Source of the DNA: Selaginella moellendorffii
Taxonomy: Eukaryota > Plantae > Lycopodiophyta
DNA length: 64,000 bases
NCBI RefSeq assembly: GCF_000143415.4
Contig: NW_003314432.1
Span: forward strand, 1 to 64,000
Reading direction: 5' to 3'
Shown here: positions 38,713-47,499 of the stretch, piece by piece
Layout: the number at the start of each line of letters is the position of its first letter
Position numbering within the stretch: position 1 is the stretch's first letter
Program-made: the position numbers and the translations under genes
The notes under the pieces: model-generated
What the model was told of the DNA's origin: nothing
Databases searched by the model: none
The model's input: only the letters and a program-made list of their open reading frames with translations

Positions 38713-39616
38713 CAAGGTTGGTCCTGACCATTCCAAACGCCGACCAGCCGACCGCCCGACTGTGGTTATCGACCAGCTGAAAAAATGCCGAACGGCTAAA
38801 CGGTTCACAAAGTTTTTTTGATTAAAAAAAAATTATTTTTAATAAAACTAGGTCCGGCACTATAAACAGTTGCAATCATTGCATGAAAATATAGACTTTT
38901 CACAACATTAAATGGTATGGCATTCAAGAAAATGAATTTTGATATCACATCATTTAAATTCGTGTTTCTTGTCATCAAGCATTTCCTTAATGTTGCCATT
39001 TCACATTCACTTTTAACCAACAGATAATCCCTCATGACCTATAGAAGCACTCATAAGCTGAAATTGACTAATACTTTGTGTACCAGCTCCAGAAGCAAAT
39101 GCCCCATCAAAATGCCTACTTTGGAAATTTGCTGTAGAAGGTAAAGACAAAAGGGCATTTGCGATTTATTCCACAAACATTCAGCAAGCTTGGTTCTGAA
39201 CATGAAAAATTGCTGGAATCGCTAGAATCACTAAAATCAAATCTCTGGAATTGTAATTTCCATTTGAGGGCAAAATTACAGTTCACGCGTTGCGGGGACT
39301 GGGCGATTTGTGAGGCCTCAGCGAGCTGCTCCACGCTCAATAGAAAGTGGAGGCCGACCGACTGGAGAGTGTCGCCCTAGCTCGGTACGAACGCGGATTC
39401 GATGTAGGCTTGCTGTGGATGGGTGGATCACTCCATAACAGCAGGAGAACAGCAAAGCGGTGGAGATGCAATGGCGATGGCGATAACCTAGCCGCAGCAG
39501 CATCGTTAATCTAGCCCCTACGAGCATGATTCCCGAACAGAATCACCAAATGGGGCTGACCGACCGCGTTCGGCGGCAGTCGGGATTTTGGCCGAACGTG
39601 GTCGCGACCAACAATG
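38713..39616 (-). mobile_element. non-autonomous hAT transposon (904 bp) inserted in Copia gag
   Basis: Perfect 8-bp TSD AACAGAAC (38705-38712 and 39617-39624). Imperfect 18-bp TIRs CAAGGTTGGTCCTGACCA / TGGTCGCGACCAACAATG. CCGAC-rich subtermini. Internal remnant ISKFIFLNAIPFNVVKSLYFHAMI..AGPS resembles hAT transposase. Confidence 0.93.
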
Positions 39617-40285
39617 AACAGAACTGCATTAAACTCTTGATCTGTCACAGCAGCTTCTGGGTCTAGCAGTTGAATCTCCACCACTTTGCACTGAAGCCTG
39701 GTGATGTAGTCTTGCACGCGCTCATGTGGCTACTGCTCCAGGTTCTATAGCTCACTGCGACGAAGAATCACATCCACATCTTCTTGCAGGTCCAGTCCCA
39801 TAATTTCACAAATTGACTTCCAATTCTTAGCAAAACTCTTCTCCACATTCACGTGGACACTCTAGAGAGGGCCAAGTCCTCCTCCTAATGCTCCATTTGC
39901 CCTAGCATCCAGATCTTTCCACTCATTGTATGGATCTGTGTCATCATCGTCCTTGGACAGACATTTTCTTGATCCAGATATTACAGGCCACAGTCCCCAC
40001 CTCATGAACCAGAACTGTGCACGTTCTTTCCAAGCAAGGAAATTCGTCCTATCGAACTGCTCCATGTCTCTGGAGGAAGAAGACGACACCATCCTGTCCT
40101 AGCGTCTATGGGACTGCTCGTGCCAAAAAAAAATCTAACCTATTGCTCTGATACCATGATGAGAGAAGCCAGGCCTCACGGCCTAGCGCTCTATAGAAAA
40201 TGAGAACACTCCCAGAACAATCCCCTGGGATGGATCTCACACAGGATGGGAAAGAAAACTAAGAAAGCCCTAAACTAAAGGAATG

Positions 40286-41250
40286 TTGAGGTGATGGGGT
40301 TGTTTCCATAACAAAGATGATTTGAGTCTCAGCACCATCAAGCATTATCCGATCACGAACCTCAATAACTTCAGTTTGTAAAGCAAGATGAAGGCGATCA
40401 CAAGGGATGCTGCCTTAAGCTTTGATGTGGAGTTTTCATCCTGGGTTGTAATGGGTTGTCATGAGGCCATGTTTGCTCCAAGCGGACGTTAAACAAATAC
40501 CTGACTTTACCTTTTTCATTGTATCATACCTTGTCCACTGCTGAGGAAGAAAAACAAGATCCCAACAAGAACTTTGCTGTAAATGATGGCTTGCTAGCTC
40601 TTTGTAGATCCAATAAGTCTTTGATCAAAGCTCCCACATTTCTATGCCACCTAGGCCAAAAACCTCTACCCAAGCTTGGAGCTGAACAGTCACCTATATA
40701 CTGTTGATTACTGTTCTTATGCGCTACGTTGAAGAACAAGCAATCAGCTAATGCCTCTGTCAGATGGTCTGGTTCTTTCTGACTTAACCTGGGTAGGAGT
40801 GTGACTTCCATATCTTCAACATCTCTTTTGCTATTCCATCCTGGACTTTCTTTGTGTTGAGAGGAGCAATGCCAATCGATTCCTTGTTTATAGTTACCAC
40901 CTTGTCTAGGCAAGATCTTCTGCAGTTGAGCTCTGAAGAGGAGGTGCCAGCTTTGGTTTCGTGGATATAAACCTGACACAAGCACTTTGAAGAGAAGAGC
41001 TTTGGATTGAATTCCTGGGTGTGGCACATTCCGAATAACTGAATTCCACTCTACTTTTGCCCGGACTTTGCACCTGCTGGAGTTTCTAAAGTTTCTACAT
41101 ATGTCGTTGGTGATCAAGTGTTGGTGAGTTATTGGGTGTTGCAGATCCAAGGTTTTTGCTGCGTAGGTCCTTATCACATCGTCCAACAAGTTGGTCCACA
41201 AATCTATGTGGTGACACTCAATGCACAATGTCAAAAGAAGATCCATGTGA
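40286..41250 (-). mobile_element. LINE ORF2 remnant, right part
   Basis: 240-aa ORF 40524-41246 with RAKVEWNSV...PGIQSKALLFK....Y...SWHLL, similar to the post-RT region of plant L1. Same strand as the zf-RVT piece on the other side of the Copia. Confidence 0.6.
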
Positions 41251-41639
41251 AGCAGTTAGCTCAATATTGTGTGTGAACGGATTGATGATATATTCTATGG
41301 TAGATATAGATAAACTCAACAAGATTGGAATACACTAACTTTTTAATAATAATAAATTAACAATTTTTAATGTGTATTTATGGAGCCTACAAGATCAAGA
41401 GTGAGAGGTGTTAATCACATTATTTATATCCTGAGGTTTAGGGATATGAGGGAGTAAGTTTTATGGCCCAGGTAAGTTAGAGGAAGGAAAAAAAAAGAAT
41501 TAATTAGAGTGAAAATGCAAGTTATTGTGAAATTAGAGTATAAATGTGAGTTAAGAGTTAACATGAGCTAAGAGTAAAAACGTGATGTAGCAGCTTAAAA
41601 GAGGGAAGAAGGAATGCTCGGATGGAGTTCCACCAGGTA

Positions 41640-42600
41640 GAAAAGACAAGTCATACCTCAAGCCTCGGATTGCTCCCAACCCCCTGCCTCCACCCGGTTG
41701 CCTACTTTAACCAAGCCCCGAACCACCCAGCAGTCTTGGCGCACAGGGATGACATCAGCCCTAACCTCTTGCTCCACTGCTCCTACTTCTGAGCTGCTAG
41801 CAGCTTCTCCCCTCCTTAAAAAAAAAGGTCTGTTGTTCTCTTGGAGTTCAAGAGGCATCCTCTTCACCGTCTCCTCTGTTTTTGCTAGCTAGTTAGCTCT
41901 TACAAGAAGGAGCACAAGCCAAGTTCAGCTCCATTCTCAGCTCTATCATCTCCTCTTTAAGACACCTCACCTCTTTGAAGCCATTCAGGAGAGCTAGCAC
42001 GCTTCACGTCTAGACGTCCCCCCCTTTTTTTCTTTTTGCGATTGTCTCTTCAAACTCATCATACTTATTTAACTCACCAAACCTTACCAAGCCGAGTGCA
42101 GGTTTTGAAACCCCATGAGTCACCTTGGCCTTTTTCCATCTTCCAGTTGAGCTCTCCAACAATCTTGACGTGTGGATGCGTGCAAACTGCTCCTTGAGCC
42201 AGGACCATTTCTCCAGGAGATAACTTATGCTACAACACTCTCCGCGACGATCTCAATGTGGAAAGATCCACAAAGCTGTCCCACTCATCATAGTTGTAGA
42301 AGAAATCATCCTCATACTGCATCTGCAACCTTGCTCGAGCCCAAGCCTCCGCCATTGCAAGCTTCTCCCTCATCTTGATCACTTGAGGCGGCAAAACAAG
42401 TCCAGGTCCTGAGGAACAACAATGGAATACACCTTTCCCGGGTACCTACAGTGGACGATGTGGTGTTTCAGATCGCAGCGGAATGATAACTTGATGAAAG
42501 CAACAAAACCATCAAGCTCGCTCTGTGGGGATCAATTATCATCTCCTCCTTTGAAGCAATGAGCAGCAGGCCTTGATCACATCCAGAAGTACTAGAGATA
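41640..42600 (-). mobile_element. possible LINE ORF1 remnant
   Basis: Minus-strand coding-like text (YDEWDSFVDLS, GFQNLHSAW, lysine/glutamate-rich tail) upstream of the ORF2 remnant. Weak similarity only. Confidence 0.3.
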
Positions 42601-43605
42601 GTCTGCAAAAGCAAGTTTGACACCAGTTATTTTGGCAACACAGAAAAAAAAGAAGAAAAAGAAGAAAAATAAACTCAAGTTTCAAAATTTATGGAGATCC
42701 ATACAATCCAAATCAAGATCAATCCTCCACGAACTTAATGCCGCTTTCAGCACCTCCAAGCTCTGCCGAAAGACGTAGCCATGGTATGCCACAATCGTTT
42801 GCTTGAAAATCTGAAGATGTCAATCGAAGCATGCAAGCAAAAACATGAAGTAAAGAAGCGCAGGTGGACAACAAAGGAGATGAACTGAGCGAGGCCAAGA
42901 ACACATATAAGGACTGAATGTAAGCACGTGAGGCCTCACGCGGTTTTTTCCTCCGTGCGTGGCTTCATGTGCGAAGAGTTTGGTGTGGTAAGGTATGTTG
43001 CAGAACAGCCAGAAGCCCAGGGTGAATATAAGTACGTGAGGCCTTGTGAGGTTTTACCACCGCCCGAGGACTCCTGTGCATGGGCCCCAGGCGAGAGTCT
43101 TTTGCGAAAGTGTTCTGCATGAAACTGGTGCCCTGAGGCTTCTGGCCGAAGAGCATTTTTTATTTAATTTGTGTAGAGTGTGGTTTATTTTTGCATATTG
43201 AGTGTATCGATATCTTTTAGTTAGCAGATTATATTGAAGAACTGAAGACTACCTACAGTTAAGTGCATGCAGCAACAGATCATATAAAAAATGAATGCAG
43301 AGAATAATAAATCGGGATTTCTAGGAAGTTCGTGCGTGTTGTTAGTAATAATAATAATAATCATAAAAACCTGATGTTCAGCCAGTTAGAAGATTATCTG
43401 AAAATTATGCATGTACTGATTCTTCAGCTCTTGAGCTTGCTGCTGGCTCACTTTCTATATATATCAAAGAGATTTTTTTTTAACAATAAACATCTAAGCT
43501 GCTGCAGTTAAGCTGTGACATTGTAAAGTTTAAAAAGGAAAAGAATTAGAAAAAGAAAAAAACAGAAAACACGAGACTGCAATAACAAATCGGGATTTCT
43601 AGGGT

Positions 43606-46600
43606 ATGCGTGCGGCGCTAGGGTTTGTGTGGTGTCTGTCATTTCTCAACAATCTCATGGAGTGGAAAACGTTTTTCAGGGATCCCACTTTCTGGTGGCA
43701 CAACAGGTTCAAGAAGAAAAACAAGTTCTTCTCAGAGTCCTACCCGGATTTCAAACATGTTTCTACCGGAGAGAGCCTGTGGATCGCCAACAGGAAAACA
43801 TCAACCTGGGTCTCTGCAAAACTCGAGTCGCTCGCTGACCCAGCTGTAGGTAAGGCCACCACGGCCCGCTACAAATCTCCACATGCCCCACCTGTAGCTG
43901 GTGATGAACCGGTGAGTTTCGGGAGGCTGATACACCGCGTGAGACACTCAGCTGAGAGCAGATCCCTTTCTTTGGGAAAACAAGCCCATGAAGCTGTGCT
44001 CAAGAGTGATGAGCACAAAAGCAACATCTACTTGTTGACGGGATTGATCGATATGTACTGCAAGTGTGGCGAGCTTGAGGAGGCTCGCAAGATTTTCGAC
44101 TCCATGGGAACCCGGAGTGTTGTGTCCTACAACGCGATCATCCAGGGCTGCGGCTCGAACGGGCAAGCTGAACTTGCTCTGGAGTACTACTCTGCCCTGA
44201 GAGCTGATAACACCATTCAACCCGACGATTGGACACATGTCGCGGTGATCAGCGCCTGCTCCACACTTGCTACCGAATCCAGCGAGAAGAGGGAGAGAGC
44301 TCTACGCATCGGGATGGAGATCCATTCAATGCTGAGCAAGGAGAAGAAACAGCTAGATCTGTTCGTGGCGAATTGCCTGGTAGACATGTACTCCAAGTGT
44401 GGCGAGCTTGAGGAGGCTCGCAAGATTTTCCACTCCATGGGAACTCGGAGTGTTGTTTCCTACACCGCGATCATCCAGGGCTGCAACACGAACGGGCGAG
44501 CTGAACTTGCTCTGGAGTACTACTCTGCCCTGAGAGCTTGTACCACCATTCAACCCAACAATCGGACTCATGTCGCGGTGATCAGCGCCTGCTCCAGACT
44601 TGCTACCGAATCCAGCGAGAAGAGGGAGAGAGCTCTACGCATCGGGATGGAGATCCATTCAATGCTGAGCATGGAGAAGAAACAGGTAGATCTGTTCGTG
44701 GCGACTTGCCTGGTAGACATGTACTGCAAGTGTGGCGAGCTTGAGGAGGCTCGCAAGATTTTCCACTCCATGGGAACTCGGAGTGTTGTGTCCTACAACG
44801 CGATCATCCAGGGCTGCGGCTCGAACGGGCAAGCTGAACTTGCTCTGGAGTATTACTCTGCCCTGAGAGCTTGTACCACCATTCAACCCAACGATCGGAC
44901 ACATGTCGCGGTGATCAGCGCCTGCTCCAGACTTGCTACCGAATCCAGCGAGAAGAGGGAGAGAGCTCTACGCATCGGGATGGAGATGCATTCAATGCTG
45001 AGCAAGGAGAAGAAACAGCTAGATCTGTTCGTGGCGAATTGCCTGGTAGAAATGTACTGCAAGTGTGGCGAGCTTGAGGAGGCTTGCAAGATTTTCCACT
45101 CCATGGGAACTCGGAGTGTTGTGTCCTATACCGCGATCATCCAGGGCTGCAACACGAACGGGCGAGCTGAACTTGCTCTGGAGTACTACTCTGCCCTGAG
45201 AGCTGATAACACCATTCAACCCGACGATCGGACTCATGTCGTGGTGATCAGCGCCTGCTCCACACTTGCTACCGAATCCAGCGAGAAGAGGGAGAGAGCT
45301 CTACGCATCGGGATGGAGATCCATTCAATGCTGAGCAAGGAGAAGAAACAGCTAGATCTGTTCGTGGCAAATTGCCTGGTAGACATGTACTCCAAGTGTG
45401 GCGAGCTTGAGGAGGCTCGCAAGATTTTCCACTCCATGCGAACTCGGAGTGTTGTGTCCTACAACGCGATCATCCAGGGCTGCGGCTCGAACGGGCGAGC
45501 TGAACTTGCTCTGGAGTACTACTCTGCCCTGAGAGCTGATAACACCATTCAAGCTGATGCTTGCACCTACACCTGCGTCCTTGTTGCTTGCGGGAGTGTG
45601 ATGGCGATCAAGCTCGGGAGGGAGATTCACCAGCTGGCGAAGCATAAAGGGCTGCTGAAAAACAATCCAGTTCTGGGCTCCAGCCTGGTGAGCTTCTACG
45701 GCAAATGCGGCGATGTTGATTCTGCTCAGGAAGCGTTTGACGAGTGCCGAGCTCGGGACAACACGGGTCTCTGGAACTCTCTCCTACAGGCTTACACTCT
45801 CCAGGGCCGATCGATCGAGGCCTTGGAGCGTTTCTATTCCATGACTCAGGAGGAGGGCTGTAAAGCTGACGATGTGAGTTTTGTCTCGGTGTTGAACGCT
45901 TGCAGCCATGGTGGTCTGGTGGGGAAAGGAAGGCAGCTTCTGGATGAAATGCCCAAGCAGTATGGAGTCAAGCCACGTCTGGAGCATTATGTGTGCCTGA
46001 TCGATATGCTCGGGCGAGCTAACCTCCTCGACGAAGCTGTGAGAGTTCTCAGAGCCATGCCTTTTGAACCGGATGCAGTGGTTTGGAGGTCCCTGCTCGG
46101 AGCCTGCCGGAAGTGGAAGAATTACACGATCGGCAAACTCGCGTTTGAGCGTCTTGTGGAGATGGATCCCAAGAGCGGCACGCCCTACGCATTGATGGCC
46201 AATATATTTGGAAACCTGGGGATGCTCAGTGAAAGGGCCACTGTTGTGGAGAGAATGAGAGGTGAAGGCAGCTTCAGGGAGCCCGGGAGAAGCTGGTGGA
46301 CGGATGTTAGCTCAGGAAAAGTGCATTCTTTTTCTGTCGGGGATAGGAGTCACTCACAGAGCGACGAGATTGCAGCCAAGCTCAAGCAATTGTTGCTGAG
46401 AATGAAAGAGGAGGGGTACGCGAGCGATGTGATCAACGTTCTAAAAGACATACCCGAGGAAGAGAAAGAGGATCACCTGTGCGGCCACAGTGAGAAGCTT
46501 GCGCTGGGGTGTGCTCTGGTGAACTCGCAGCAGAAGGAGACCATCAGAATTGTGAAAAATCTCCGAGTTTGTGATGATTGCCATGCGGCCACTGCTCTCA

Positions 46601-46695
46601 TCTCTAAGCTGGAAAAAAGGCTAATCATCTGCAAAGATGCCAGTCGGGTTCATGTGTTCCAGGATGGCAGATGTTCCTGTGACAACTACTTTTGA
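43606..46695 (+). CDS. PLS-class PPR-E1-E2-DYW RNA-editing factor with N-terminal OSB-type PDF motif (1029 aa, intronless ORF)
   Basis: Uninterrupted ORF with about 20 P/L/S motifs, P2-L2-S2 (LNACSHGGLV, EHYVCLIDMLGRA), E1/E2, PG box PGRSWWTD, HSEKLA, IVKNLRVCDDCH, H.F.DG.CSC, ending NYF. The exact start codon is uncertain (43606 or 43657). Confidence 0.95.
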   Translation: MRAALGFVWCLSFLNNLMEWKTFFRDPTFWWHNRFKKKNKFFSESYPDFKHVSTGESLWIANRKTSTWVSAKLESLADPAVGKATTARYKSPHAPPVAGDEPVSFGRLIHRVRHSAESRSLSLGKQAHEAVLKSDEHKSNIYLLTGLIDMYCKCGELEEARKIFDSMGTRSVVSYNAIIQGCGSNGQAELALEYYSALRADNTIQPDDWTHVAVISACSTLATESSEKRERALRIGMEIHSMLSKEKKQLDLFVANCLVDMYSKCGELEEARKIFHSMGTRSVVSYTAIIQGCNTNGRAELALEYYSALRACTTIQPNNRTHVAVISACSRLATESSEKRERALRIGMEIHSMLSMEKKQVDLFVATCLVDMYCKCGELEEARKIFHSMGTRSVVSYNAIIQGCGSNGQAELALEYYSALRACTTIQPNDRTHVAVISACSRLATESSEKRERALRIGMEMHSMLSKEKKQLDLFVANCLVEMYCKCGELEEACKIFHSMGTRSVVSYTAIIQGCNTNGRAELALEYYSALRADNTIQPDDRTHVVVISACSTLATESSEKRERALRIGMEIHSMLSKEKKQLDLFVANCLVDMYSKCGELEEARKIFHSMRTRSVVSYNAIIQGCGSNGRAELALEYYSALRADNTIQADACTYTCVLVACGSVMAIKLGREIHQLAKHKGLLKNNPVLGSSLVSFYGKCGDVDSAQEAFDECRARDNTGLWNSLLQAYTLQGRSIEALERFYSMTQEEGCKADDVSFVSVLNACSHGGLVGKGRQLLDEMPKQYGVKPRLEHYVCLIDMLGRANLLDEAVRVLRAMPFEPDAVVWRSLLGACRKWKNYTIGKLAFERLVEMDPKSGTPYALMANIFGNLGMLSERATVVERMRGEGSFREPGRSWWTDVSSGKVHSFSVGDRSHSQSDEIAAKLKQLLLRMKEEGYASDVINVLKDIPEEEKEDHLCGHSEKLALGCALVNSQQKETIRIVKNLRVCDDCHAATALISKLEKRLIICKDASRVHVFQDGRCSCDNYF
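43663..43833 (+). other. PDF motif (OSB/PTAC9 ssDNA-binding-type) coding segment
   Basis: WKTFFRDPTFWWHNRFKKKN...YPDFKHVSTGESLWI......WVSAKL vs recalled OSB consensus W..FF.NP..WWDNR..K.N...PDFKHK.TGEALW.....WV...L. Confidence 0.85.
44053..45552 (+). repeat. 333-bp tandem array (about 4.5 copies; 111-aa P-L-S unit)
   Basis: TGTGGCGAGCTTGAGGAGG recurs at 44065, 44398, 44731, 45064 and 45397. No indels between units. Confidence 0.98.
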
Positions 46696-47499
46696 AAACA
46701 TGTCAGTGCTCTTTCTTGCAGTTATCCCTGGTTTTAAACCCACTCCGTGAGTCAAGCAGAAACACGGGCCGCTGAGTGAGCATGCCTCGTCAAAGTACCT
46801 CATGTTCCGGGAGCAAGGTGATGGCGGCTTGCGGCATGACCAACTTTGGGTTTGTGCTCCTAGAGCACGTTGAAGACGTGTGGAAGGTGGTAATGACAGC
46901 ATTTGTTTCTTGCAACGTACTCACCAGTTCCTTGGCAACGTCTTCCTTCCTGAGCTTGTCATGAGTGGTGACCTGCTTGCTCTCTCCTGTGACAACTTCT
47001 TCCAGCCTCTGGTGCCCAACCTCAAGGCTCTCTTGTGGATGGAGCTAGCCCTACACAGTGTGTGTGTGTGTATCAACCAGCAGATGCACAAATCGTTGAG
47101 AATTAGCAACAACTGTGTATCAAGTGTACTAGTGTACATGTACATGTGTTTCAGCTAAATATAATGGGCCAAATACACCGAAGAAATGTAAATTAAGAAG
47201 TGCAAAAGAAATGAAAATAAAAATTGTCCATCCTCATCAGTTTGCTGAAATTAAGTTGGATTCAATTCTTCCAGCTCCAAATATTGTCTGATTGAGTTGT
47301 AAGTTAATTAATAGTAGAAAATAAGAAAAAAACAAACATTGAAAAAATAGTGTTTGATAATATCTTCTTTGCTTTTGAACAAATCTAAAGTGTTGGGGTT
47401 ATTTTATTTTAAGGGAAGTTGTTAAAAATTATTCCGGAAATATTCGAGAAGATTCTGTGAAGAAGATCTGATCTCGCGGCACGGCCGGAGAATTAAAAC

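Larger units (their letters stand above)
34673..40285 (-). mobile_element. Ty1/Copia retrotransposon, near full-length, disabled
   Basis: LTR copies at 34673-34841 and 40157-40285 (shared 129 bp, 1 mismatch). PBS at 40141-40156 (minus strand TGGTATCAGAGCAATA). Gag (FDRTNFLAWKER), CETCSKRGHLSRDC, PR (LWLDSAATNH), INT (LVHSDLCGP, LRSDGGGEY, PELNGVAER), RT (RFKARLVARGF, KALYGLKQSPR, YVDD), RH (YADADYAG). Stops and frameshifts present. Confidence 0.97.

Noticed and set aside
40141-40156. tRNA gene
   Set aside because: Only a short complement of the tRNA-iMet 3' end next to an LTR, i.e. a PBS; no cloverleaf.
44053-45552. CRISPR-like or non-coding satellite interpretation of the regular repeats
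   Set aside because: Units are contiguous, in frame and protein-coding with no unique spacers, in a eukaryotic context.
43948-45987. Repeated short antisense and alternate-frame ORFs
   Set aside because: Shadows of the 333-bp coding repeat.
46282-46695. U-to-C (KP-type) editor
   Set aside because: The PG box and HSE motif match C-to-U PG/WW types.
47160-47185. Harbinger 5' TIR at GGGCCAAATAC
   Set aside because: Only a weak match to GGACCAATTCG and no matching TWA target duplication.
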